Origin: Diadema antillarum | Taxonomy: Eukaryota | Length of the DNA: 64,000 nt | Assembly (NCBI RefSeq): GCF_040938485.1 | Contig: NW_027272591.1 | Span: 248,001 to 312,000, forward strand | Direction of reading: 5' to 3' | Shown: one piece after another, positions 1 through 10,674 of the stretch | Layout: each line of letters begins with the position of its first letter | How positions within the stretch are numbered: the stretch's first letter is position 1 | Notes under the pieces: model-generated | Database searches by the model: none | The model's input: the letters and a program-made list of their open reading frames with translations, nothing else | What the model was told of the DNA's origin: nothing | Made by a program: the position numbers and the translations under genes

Positions 1-608
1 TGAATTCCAATCAAGGATTGTGCATTTCATTCTATGCTGAAGCCATCGATAAGAATAGTGATACGCTCTTTGCATGATTATGATGTACGCCCAAACGCCT
101 CATCACGTCGTCCTCGAGACAGAAAAATCGATCTGTCCTGAGGGGTTTTTTTTTAAACCATTTTTTTTACTTTTCCCACAGATAAGCCAGACGTAGTCTC
201 CGCTGATAATGATTATCCGTGACGACAAGAATACTATGCAGACCGATCTCTCGGACGGAGGAGGAAATTATTAAAAACACGCTGTGTAACGTCCGTAACG
301 TCGTCCGAGAATCCGTGCCGAGAATACAAATCATTGGCTAAATGATAACGGAGAGGGCGCTAAGCCACTTTTTGTCATAGGATGAATGCGGAAGCCACTG
401 CACTCTGTACAACAGTACGTATTCGGACATGAATAGTGTATGCCTGGTTGAAATAGATATTATGCTAACAAAAATAAGAAACTTATCCATTTCCAGAAGA
501 TTTTGATAAAGACATCTGTACTTATACCCTAAACTAACCATGGAATGACCCTTTTTGTATGAGGTTTTTGCAAACTATAGAATATATTTATTATTACCGC
601 CTCGCTGG

Positions 609-736
609 NNNNNNNNNNNNNNNNNNNNNNNNNNNNNNNNNNNNNNNNNNNNNNNNNNNNNNNNNNNNNNNNNNNNNNNNNNNNNNNNNNNNNNNNNNNN
701 NNNNNNNNNNNNNNNNNNNNNNNNNNNNNNNNNNNN
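609..736. other. Assembly gap (N run)
   Basis: Continuous N bases. Confidence 0.99.
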
Positions 737-1493
737 CCGCATGAGAAAAAAATATTCTGCCTCTCCTGCGTCACTGTGATTTTTTTTTCCATTTTATTTT
801 ATTTTTTTTTAAGTGTTGCACTTTGTCCTTGGGCTGAAAATACGGCACAGAAATTCACTCAAGCAGCACGTGCAGTATAACCTCCGCGTATATGCAATGT
901 CCTGCTAAATTCTCATAAAATGTAAAGATGGTGCATTAAAGATTCCCAAACTATAATGCAATGTACTCAGTATTCTTGCATATCATGCTTACTGTTATGG
1001 ACAACGTGTGTATGATTGTTTGTGTGAGTGTGCTTTTTTTCTTTTTTTTTTTTTTTTTTTTGGTTACAACCTGCAGCCACTATTCGCTGAACCGTGTCAT
1101 GTACCCAGGGAATGAGTGAAAAAAAAATCCCACAATAGTGCATGTATACACACATACGCACTCTCGCACACACACACCCTCACACATACAAACCTACTTG
1201 TATATTGCTCGCATACTTTGAGAGAACATTATTTCGTTAAGCCTTTCGGATTTTAATGGACGATTCAAGTATATTTTCAGAAAAATGAAATTAAAAAATG
1301 ATATTATCTTATTTTATCACACCTGTGGACAACGAAAGCATTTCAAAGCAGTCTGATCAATTTTCAACGATATGTATCAGTATTTTGTACTTTCGCTGGA
1401 AAGGGCTTACAAATCGTCTGAAGTTCTCCTTTAAAGGGTACATTGTATAGCATTATGACATCATTATTACCGTCTTACAGCAATTATGGTTAA

Positions 1494-1847
1494 AGGGATA
1501 GTGAAGTTTTGGTTGAGATGGGGATTCAGACTTTAACTTTTTGCGAGACAATAAGAAACCTGGTCCCCACTTGTATGAATTATTAAAACATATACAGTTC
1601 TAAGAGGAATTTAAAGTTTATTTGATGACAGTCGGTTTTGAAATGGCTGAGATATCCAGACACAAAGAGATTTTAACAAAAATTAAGACCACTTTGTTTT
1701 ACTTAGTTTTTTTTTATAACTCAGCCATTTCAAAACCGATTTTCATCTGATAAACTTTCATGCTCTTAGTGGTCTCTAATTACATGCATCTCGTAAAAAA
1801 AGGGTTAAAACCTGATTCTCTATCTCAACCAAAGCTATACCACCCCT
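1494..1847. mobile_element. Non-autonomous TTAA-flanked TIR element (Kolobok-like MITE)
   Basis: TTAA at 1490-1493 and 1848-1851. Ends AGGGATAGTGAAGTTTTGGTTGAGAT ... ATCTCAACCAAAGCTATACCACCCCT. Internal inverted TTTGAAATGGCTGAGATAT / CTCAGCCATTTCAAAA. Related copies at 36257-36642 and about 62623-62951. Confidence 0.75.
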
Positions 1848-2222
1848 TTAAAACTTTGTGTGAACCATTGAGTAAAAAAAAAATGTGTATAAATTTCACC
1901 TCATGGACAAAAAATAAATTCTTATATCATAATGCTGCCATATAATAATCATATTGTCTTTCATAATCATAATCATAATCATAATCATAAAGACAATATG
2001 ATTATTATATGGCAGCATTATGATATAAGAATTTATTTATATATATTTTTGGACATATGACGTTATTCTGATGATGATTTGAGGTTAGATTGGATATTTG
2101 TATTGAATTGAATGATTGATTTGTGTATATAAAGGAAATGATTTAAAAGATTGGTAATTTGCATTGCATTATATATTATATGACACATCAGGTTAGTCAT
2201 ATAATAATCGTTCTGTTGGTAG

Positions 2223-2260
2223 GTCCTGACGAAGGCCCAATGACGGGCCGAAAGCTTGAC
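2223..2260 (+). ncRNA. Minimal type I hammerhead ribozyme motif (Penelope-like element type)
   Basis: GTC-CTGACGA-A-GGCCC-AATGAC-GGGCC-GAAA-GCTT-GAC. Catalytic boxes CUGANGA and GAAA flank a 5-bp stem II. Stem III is the palindrome AAGCTT, and stem I is 3 bp (GTC/GAC). Confidence 0.6.
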
Positions 2261-2299
2261 AAATATAAGGGAGACTAAGATCGAGAGCAACGTCCCGCC

Positions 2300-2450
2300 N
2301 NNNNNNNNNNNNNNNNNNNNNNNNNNNNNNNNNNNNNNNNNNNNNNNNNNNNNNNNNNNNNNNNNNNNNNNNNNNNNNNNNNNNNNNNNNNNNNNNNNNN
2401 NNNNNNNNNNNNNNNNNNNNNNNNNNNNNNNNNNNNNNNNNNNNNNNNNN
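2300..2450. other. Assembly gap (N run)
   Basis: Continuous N bases. Confidence 0.99.
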
Positions 2451-5378
2451 AGAAAACGGATAAAGAGAGAAAGAAATAATGTTCCATGCGTTAAAATGAG
2501 CCATCATCCATCACGAAATAAATTGACATGCAATAAAATATCCCTTCAGCTTAAACAGTGTTTACTGCGAAGAACATTCGTCAATAAATATTATTTGTAC
2601 ACACATAAATACGATTGAAATATTTCATTTCGCCACCATTTTCATTCACTTATGAATAATAAAAAAAAATCAGGAATGTGTAATCACATGAAACAAAATG
2701 ATTAGAGTGAATTACTCATGGCAGGATTTTTGTTCGATTTGCATTGTTAGGTAGTTTATACGCATACTTATTATAATAAATAATCTTAGTTTGAAACTTT
2801 CAACACATATTTTACATAGCAATCATTATAATTATTCATGGGTGTTACATTATGTATACATTTGCATCTCTATCATTAATTATTTTGTTTTTATTTACAG
2901 AATATCTTATAATCTGTTATCCATTATTCTGAAAGAGGCTGCGCTTAGTTAAAAGCGTAATACGGAAGCCGCTGATAGTTGTTTTTCTTTTTCTCAGCTA
3001 TAAATAATTAGCAGCTCTAAAATTACAAGATTGATGTAATATAGACACAATGTCCACACCTCTGTATCACTGCATACTTGTGTCAGTAGCGTCAATTCTC
3101 AATGCGCCATCTACGTTTGTGTATAGGCCTATAATGAAACACATATATACCTGTACTAGTACTAGCTTGTCTTGGGTTGGTATACTATCTTATATGCTAT
3201 ACAATAAATTCAGATATCTTGATAAAGAGACAATGCACCATTTACAGATACTAGTAAAAACAAGATATCAATGACCATAAACTATTAATCAAACAGTACG
3301 GCTACCTAACAGTTGATATCAAACAGTCAATAAAAAAAAAAAATTATATCTGCTTATATTTCAAAGGCACATGATGGGTTATCGACCTTGTAATATATGC
3401 TTACACACTCGTACTCCTGGGCTATTGGTCTTCAATATTTGCGTACTTTGATTCACACTTTGACAATGTCCAATATTTCGCACTGATCTCTTTGGATTGC
3501 TGAACGACATGTCATCCTTTATGATACATTTTTAGCCATCGATGTAACTGCGGTTTTCCACTTCGAAAATACATGATGAAGATCAGTCAATGTTCAGTAA
3601 GATTCTCCAGTCAACTAATCAAAATCACGATATATAGCGATATCTAAATAAAAAAGTAATTAAAAAAAGAAAAACTGCATTATACCTTCCCGTTACGTGC
3701 TAAACTTAACCTTATTTTGTTCTCAACCTTACTTAGCTCTCTTTCTGTTAGACCATCTCATCAACTTGTTGAAATAAGGGAAACAAACACCAACTTGATT
3801 TGTCGTCGGGTAATTGGAAACTGCATGGTCATACACTGGCACAAAACAGAGTTAGCAAAATAAGGACAACCATGCACTGTGGCAATTCTGAGTACTGTAA
3901 CTGCGCATTACCATCTCAACATAACGCCTTTTATCTATAATGTTTCTTCAGAGGACATTAAGAATTTTACATAACGTGTTGGGGCTATATTACGCATCAC
4001 GTATACTAGGTAGCACAGCTGTACCTTTACATTTCCAGCCATTGTGAGGAATGCGACGAGGAACACAGCCATCATTGACCAGTATAATAGTTAATTACAT
4101 ATACCTGCACGTTTCCCAACACCTAAGGGTAGCGACCATGTGCCTCATGCCAGCAACCGTCTCTTTAGAGTTTTATTTCCGACTAATACATTTGTAGTAC
4201 AAAGTACATCTACTTCATTTCAACGCCCCCCCCCCCCCCCCCCCATGCCAGAACAGAGTCCCCACATAATTATACTAGTATAGTAGGCGTATAGAGACGC
4301 TACCTGAATGCTGAATACTAAATGCGTTACGGCGCCCTCTGTTTTGTACCGTATTTTGACCATAAACATGAGGTAATGTATTGTAATGTGAGGGACACTA
4401 ACTTTGCAAGTCGAACTGAGAACTTTGTTAACGAAACATTGTAGGTTCGGTGCTCTATTTACTATGTAAAATTGTATTTCTTAAGCCTTGGTGAGAAAGA
4501 AAAATGTTCAATTTTACCTCTAACGAAACATAACGAGATATCTGTGATCATTTTTTTTTTCTTATAGATATTATTCAATGTTTAGGGACGGTGGATTCTT
4601 ATTTCGCTGCAAAAAGTTTTATTTGCGATACTGTAAAGAGAATCCAAAGAGTATACTTTAATAGGGACTTTCTGATCAGTATTTGAGATTACTTTCATTT
4701 ACTAACGATATTTTCATAAAACTGCTCATTCAATATGACATGCATGCAACCACATACACCACCAATTTTTAGGCAATAGATATCTTCAATTTCAGTTGGA
4801 CACTGGAACAAATTTACTGAGGTTATGTCACGATGAAATAAATACACTAGTGTACTCAGTTCTTGCGCCTTCCATAGCGCTATTAGTATTGACACAATGA
4901 ACTGATTTTCACTACGCTAACTTCACATCAGAGTTTACAGGACTGTCTTCGCATTCGTATGAAATTAATTTTACTCGCTGTTAAAGATGAGACATGATAA
5001 AACGTCCTCAACATTGCACTACGGATATGCATTTTACTTGCAGATACCCTAACATAAATGAATAATCGAAACAAGAGTAGTTTGAATACGTACATAAGAA
5101 TACTTTGTAGTTTTATATGACGCGATATGCATGCAAATAAATGGAATGAAAATTTATCGAAATAATATTTCAGAGAAATATGTGACCCTTTGACTAATTT
5201 CCAAGACATTCTTTGAATCTCATATCAGTATAACTGGGTCTGTAACAATACGAAGAATTGCTGATTAGTTGATGATTGTTTGTACCTCGCAAAATACAGC
5301 AGTCAATCTAACGTATGTAACATTCATTTAGACTGGAGTTCAACCCACGGGAAGCATAATGCCTCTATTCCCACTCTA

Positions 5379-5873
5379 CACTGCAAAAAGTCTGGTGTTA
5401 AATAGTGAACACCGAGCTGGTGTTAACTTTTCGGTGCTCATTTATGGTGTTAAATTAACACCTCCGGGTGTCATTTCCAAATTTTAAACTGTTTTTTGAA
5501 GAGTTTCTTAGTAACTGCACTTCTTGTTGATTTTTAATTTAAACAAGACGATCAAGAATATTACATTAAAATACTAGATACTAGATAAATTTACACCAAA
5601 GTAACACCAGCTGGTGTGGTCTCTTATTGAAGCTGGACGGGTGTTAAACCATTGATATTAACACCAACAAATATCAAATCAACACCATGTGGTGTCATTT
5701 TTGAATTAACACCAGTACAGTGTCAAATTAACACCACGAAGTGTCAGGTGAACACTTTTCAACACCATCACAGTGCATTTTCAACACCTGTGGGTGTGGT
5801 CCTTTATTGAAGTTTGATCGGTGTTAGATTTAACACCCGTGGTGTTAAATCTAACACCGATGTTTTTACAGTG
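5379..5873. mobile_element. CACTG-terminal MITE (CMC/EnSpm-like), copy 1
   Basis: TA|CACTGCAAAAA ... TTTTTACAGTG|TA, with more than a dozen internal AACACC/GGTGTT motifs. Closely similar to 6651-7187. Confidence 0.8.
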
Positions 5874-6091
5874 TATTGTGTTATACACTACCTGTATAAC
5901 CACTCTCCCTTTTTAACACTTTAAAGTGTATCACTATCAACACTGCAGGCAAACGGATATGAGCTTTACCAATGTTACATCATGTTAAAAGGTTTACAGC
6001 CAGCACGCTGCACGGAAACTCTATTGAAGTCATGGAGGCCTTATTTGATTTACTTTGATGCAAATACATTTGTAGTAAATGTTCCAACCTG

Positions 6092-6227
6092 GGGACCGTT
6101 TCATGAAACTTTTTGTCGGTGATTTACACCGACAACTGTTAAAAGCTACTGAAATCCTTGCGTCTGATTGGCTGATAGCAAATTTGTCGGTGAAAACCTC
6201 CGACGAACACGTTGATGAAACGCCCCC
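6092..6227. mobile_element. PIF/Harbinger-like MITE
   Basis: CTG|GGGACCGTTTCATGAA ... TTGATGAAACGCCCCC|CTG: 16-bp TIRs and a 3-bp CTG duplication. Internal inverted TTTGTCGGTGA motifs and central GATTGGCT. Confidence 0.7.
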
Positions 6228-6650
6228 CTGGTTTCTTTCATGTTTCTCAAGCGATGTCAACCAGCCTGGCATTGGTGTTAAATGGACATTTTTATTAATA
6301 GATCTATATCAGAAACAGCAATAGCCAGGTTACGGGTTAGATACATCCATGTTATAGAGTGTTGGTGGATGTGGAAATGATTGCAGTTAAGATGACAACA
6401 AGACAGCAACTCGATGCCATAAAAAGCAGCGTATCAAAATTGTGATGTCGCCACCTGCAGCACAATACGGGCAGTTTTGTAAAAAGTGACTAAGAATCTA
6501 TAACGGCGTCACTACCAAAAGTCAACATGACTAAATGCTAATGAGCTAGGACTTTGGTGAATTATCATTCCTAAGTGCAAGCCACCAACACACGTCAACT
6601 CTCTTCCCACAAAATTCCATTAATCTATACCGTTTCCGAATACGATAATA

Positions 6651-7187
6651 CACTGCAAAAAGTCCGGTGTTAAATATGAAACACCGAGCTGGTGTTAAAT
6701 TTTCGGTGCTTATTTATGGTGTTAAATTAACACCTCCAGGTGTCATTTCAAAATATAAAACTGTTTTTTGAAGAGTTTCTTAGTAACTGCACTTCTTGTT
6801 GATTTTGAACTTAAACAAGACGATCAAGAATTTTCCGATAAAAATAATACTTGATTTTTTTAAAAAAAATGTGTAAACACATTTACACCGCATCAACACC
6901 AATTGGTGTGGTCTCCTACTGAAGCTGGACAGGTGTTATACCATTGATATCAACACCAGCAATATCAAATCAACACCATGCGGTGTCATTTTTGAATTAA
7001 CACCAGTACAGTGTCAAAATATCACCAGATACAGTGTCAAATTAACACCACGAAGTGCCAGGTGAACACATTTCAACACCATCACAATACATTTTCTACA
7101 CCTGTGGGTGTGGTCCTCTTTTAACACTTGATCGGTTTTAAATTTAACACCCATGGTGTTAAATCTAACACCGATGTTTTTACAGTG
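6651..7187. mobile_element. CACTG-terminal MITE (CMC/EnSpm-like), copy 2
   Basis: TA|CACTGCAAAAA ... TTTTTACAGTG|TA, same orientation as copy 1. Ends 100 bp from the TRIM stop codon. Confidence 0.8.
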
Positions 7188-7286
7188 TATACTAGCACTT
7201 TGTAGCTGGCGACATTTCCAACCTTTGCACATCTTTCGAAAAAGAGCCACGTAGTCATCCATGACAAATACTCAATTTTTTCCCAT

Positions 7287-9308
7287 CTATGAGTTCTTGT
7301 CTTTAGTCTTTCGACGAAAAACTTTCACCGTGTCCTCGTCGGACACGACCACGTACCCCTCGGCGGAAAGACATACGTCGAATGGCTCTCGGAATGCTGT
7401 GGCGACGCAGGCGACGTACCTGCCTTTGTTGTTGTACATGTGGACCCCCTTCTCCCCTCCCCGCTCCTTGTGGACCACGTAGATGTTGTTATCGCTGTCG
7501 CAGCAGACCCCGCTGGGCTTCAGTTTACCCTTCTCGCCGAAGGAGTCTACTGCCATGAGCAGCTTCCCGTCCTTCGTCATGATGCGGATCTTCTGCTTCC
7601 GGGGGCAGCTGACGACGATACGGTCGAGGAGATCGGTGGCGATGTGGCTGGGCCCGACGACGGGGAGGGTCTTCAGCAGAGTGCCGTCCGTGTAGTGGAA
7701 CGTGATGACGTTGCGTTTGCAGTCGCCGACAAGAATGCGACTCCGGCGATCGACTGTCACGCACGAGAGCTCGACTTCCAACATCTTCACATCCTCGTCT
7801 TTGCTGGATGTCTCGAAGCGGAGGTAAAATCGTCCTTGCGGGTCGTACATGCGAACAAACTTCGACTTGTCCACGGCAACGAATCGCCCGTCGGGGAGAC
7901 AGGCGACATCCTGCGGCATGGACAGCTTGCCGTCCGGCTTCTTGTCCGAGTTCAGGAGGCAGAGGAACTTGCCATCGCGGTCGAGTACCTGCACTCGATC
8001 GTTGCCCCAGTCGGCGACGACGGTGTGTCCATCCAAGGACACGGACACACCTCGGCACCAATCAAACTGACCTTCCTTTGAGCCTGCAGATCCAATGGTT
8101 GTCGCCAGCTCCCAGACGGGTCCCAAGTCTTCACTCTCATCATCCGCTGACTCCGTGGACTCACTCTTTGGACCATCTTCCTCCTCCTGCTCTACCCCCT
8201 CCTCCCCCGTGATCTCCACCAGGTCGATGATGCTCAGGTCCTCCGTCGGTAGCGTGGGCTGGAGCTTCTTCAGGACATCCAGCCTCGATCGCAACGCGAG
8301 GTCAAGAGACAGGAGGTGGTAATCATCACCAAAGTCTAAAACACTTTCACCAAGCTCAAAGGCAGTCACAAGCTTTTCCAGCGCCATTTCAACTCTGTCA
8401 ATCAAACCTTCGATTTTGCCGTCATTTTTCTTTTCAGCGGTGTCGACGTTTCCCAAGTATCGATTCTGGCGGTCCTCTAAATCGTCCTTTTCACCTTTGA
8501 TGGCGTCCTTGATCTCCGTCCGGAGCTGTTCGGCGCTCCCTTTCAGCTCTCCACGAGTCTTCTCGAGGATTTCCCAAGCACCGCGAAACTTGGCGGCTGT
8601 CTGCTGCGCCTCGCTGATCGTTGTTTCCAGTCGTTGTTTCCTGGTAACGGCAGCGTCTTTGATCGCTAGACAACGATGATTCTGCCCCTTGTGGTACAGC
8701 ACCACGCAATCACTACAAGCTAACGCGCTGCATTTGTCACAGAATAACGAGATTGGTTCTTTGTGCTCTCCACACAGCTTGGTGACGCCGTCTGTCTCGT
8801 CTACCTGTGGGTCCTTTTGTTTTAATTTCTGCCATTCCTCCATAGTAAGGATGGTGTGATCACGCAGAACCTTGATACTTTGGTGCGCTCGAAAACAGGT
8901 CTTACACATAAACTCTCGACAGTCTTGACAGCGACTAGTGGCGGTGTTCCCTTTTTCGCATGACGTGCACGTCTTCTCCGTCACGCTTGTGTCCGACTCC
9001 GATTCCGTGCTCGACTCCCCTTGATCACCGAGCAGCAGCGATTTCATCTTCGCCACCATCGCGTTGATCGGGAGCTCCCCCGCTTTCATCTTCACCGACG
9101 TCCCGTCTCGGCAGAGCTCGCACTTGAACAGCCCGCCATTTTGTTTTTGCTGCTTCTCGATGCAGCTCTTGCAGTAAGTGTGCAGGCATGGCAACATGCG
9201 GGCATCCTCGAAGTCGCGTTCACACAGCGGACAGGTTGTGAATTCCTCCATGAACTGGACGCTGTGGATGTCGTGCTCTGGGCTGGCTGGATCCGTCTCT
9301 GCCGCCAT
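7287..9308 (-). CDS. Tripartite motif (TRIM)-NHL protein, probable E3 ubiquitin ligase, single coding exon, 673 aa
   Basis: C3HC4 RING (CPLC..PCLHTYCKSC..CELC), B-box1 (CTSC..CQDC..CKTC..H..H), B-box2 (CGEH..FCDKC..CSDC..H..H), coiled coil, acidic linker and NHL repeats (GQFDWCRGVSVS..VVADWGNDRVQV; LSMPQDVA; LKPSGVCCD). Splice acceptor ttcag at 9351-9353 precedes a short 5'UTR stretch, so a non-coding exon lies upstream. Orthology within TRIM2/3/32/56/71-like groups not resolved. Confidence 0.93.
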   Translation of the reverse strand: MAAETDPASPEHDIHSVQFMEEFTTCPLCERDFEDARMLPCLHTYCKSCIEKQQKQNGGLFKCELCRDGTSVKMKAGELPINAMVAKMKSLLLGDQGESSTESESDTSVTEKTCTSCEKGNTATSRCQDCREFMCKTCFRAHQSIKVLRDHTILTMEEWQKLKQKDPQVDETDGVTKLCGEHKEPISLFCDKCSALACSDCVVLYHKGQNHRCLAIKDAAVTRKQRLETTISEAQQTAAKFRGAWEILEKTRGELKGSAEQLRTEIKDAIKGEKDDLEDRQNRYLGNVDTAEKKNDGKIEGLIDRVEMALEKLVTAFELGESVLDFGDDYHLLSLDLALRSRLDVLKKLQPTLPTEDLSIIDLVEITGEEGVEQEEEDGPKSESTESADDESEDLGPVWELATTIGSAGSKEGQFDWCRGVSVSLDGHTVVADWGNDRVQVLDRDGKFLCLLNSDKKPDGKLSMPQDVACLPDGRFVAVDKSKFVRMYDPQGRFYLRFETSSKDEDVKMLEVELSCVTVDRRSRILVGDCKRNVITFHYTDGTLLKTLPVVGPSHIATDLLDRIVVSCPRKQKIRIMTKDGKLLMAVDSFGEKGKLKPSGVCCDSDNNIYVVHKERGGEKGVHMYNNKGRYVACVATAFREPFDVCLSAEGYVVVSDEDTVKVFRRKTKDKNS

Positions 9309-10656
9309 GTTTGGACGTCAGTCGACAGTCTCCACACTGAAGTTATTCACCTGAAGTATTTTTAAACGAGAGTAAAAGTAATATTTATATGCATTCATTA
9401 TTAACAATCAATATCAAACATCATAATTACTGTATGACTTTGAGGTAAACTTGGTGAAACATATCGAACTTTTAAAATTCCCTTAGGTTTCCTACAGTCC
9501 AAAGCACATGAAAGTCACATTAGTTTAGTATACAGTGCACACATTAACACAAAATATCAGAATGATAGAAATAAAGAAACATTGTTTTGATTAAAGGTGG
9601 CAAGGAATGGGGTGGGAAGGATTACATTCGTTTCATCCTTCAGTAAAACTCCCCAAATCAAATCAACTGGTTTGACCTTATTTGGGTGATGGCTTCCCCA
9701 TACTAGATACCCATACTTTGTTTCCGATCCAAAGTTCAAGTGCGGAGTTGACAAACGTCCCTGACGGCTTGCTTTATTTCTCTCCCGCTCATATAAAATC
9801 TATTGCCGCTTCCAAAGTCTCACAGATTTAATAACGGCTTGGCATCCATCCCTGGAGTTGTAACTACGCACCCAGTTAGCTGCCGGAAATTCATCTAGTA
9901 CCAGGTCATCATAAAAAGAATGATCAATGTCAATCAAGCACATAGGGATATCATTCCGTGGATTTGGATGGTCTGTTTTCCATACTAAATATCGGACTCG
10001 TGGGCCTTGTTTGCCTAGTGTCGCACTCGTGGGCTGTAATGACTTGTGGGTGTCGGGCTCGTGACGTGCACCCATAATGCATTCACGTTTTAGTTCACGC
10101 AAACCAAAAGACGTTTTGCAAAAGAGAGTTTATCCTACTCTTCAGTTACAAAGCAAGTCGTATAATCAAAGTTATTTATTGTACATGTACAAATGTAGTA
10201 CTGACAGCTGGCCACATAACACTGGCAACAATTACTGAATTATTTTATGCTGAGATGCCCTCATTTTAAATGAATAAACAGTCACATATTTTCTTCACTT
10301 TAGTCCTTTCACTTTATCATTGACTATGTACATGTTCATTAAATATTCCTCACTGGCTATACGACGATACAGGCTTATGAGTAGACTGTGTCATCACGAG
10401 TCACTAATCAGGCATTTCAAATCAACGGAAGTCAGTTATAGGCAATGTACCGTGCTCTCTCGTTATGGATGAGCCACAATAGCTAAACGCAAGAGTCAAT
10501 ATTAGCAGACAGGGAAATAACAATACAGCCTATACTGTTGATATTTCCCGCTGAGTAGGCCTACTGAGTACACTGGATCGGAGCTTTATGTAAAATACAA
10601 CAAAGCCCTCGATCCCTCCACAACAAAGACGCTGTCAGGCATGCTGTTAGCATTTC

Positions 10657-10674
10657 GTTGTCATGGCAACCAAT
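10657..10674. promoter_or_regulatory. RFX X-box with abutting CCAAT box, candidate TRIM promoter or enhancer
   Basis: GTTGTCATGGCAAC (10657-10670) matches the palindromic X-box, CCAAT at 10670-10674, and a half site CTAGCAAC at 10694-10701. CpG-rich context 1.35 kb upstream of the TRIM ATG. Confidence 0.45.

Noticed and set aside
338-2618. ORFs spanning or near the N gaps
   Set aside because: They are open only because N codons hide stops, and no protein motif is recognisable.
5379-7187. Regularly spaced AACACC/GGTGTT motifs as a CRISPR-like array
   Set aside because: Motifs are 6-8 bp, in both orientations and bounded by TIRs and a TA duplication. The context is eukaryotic with no cas genes.
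7440-9365. Several 70-213 aa ORFs overlapping the TRIM CDS in other frames or on the other strand
   Set aside because: Shadow ORFs of a GC-rich coding exon, with no domain signatures.
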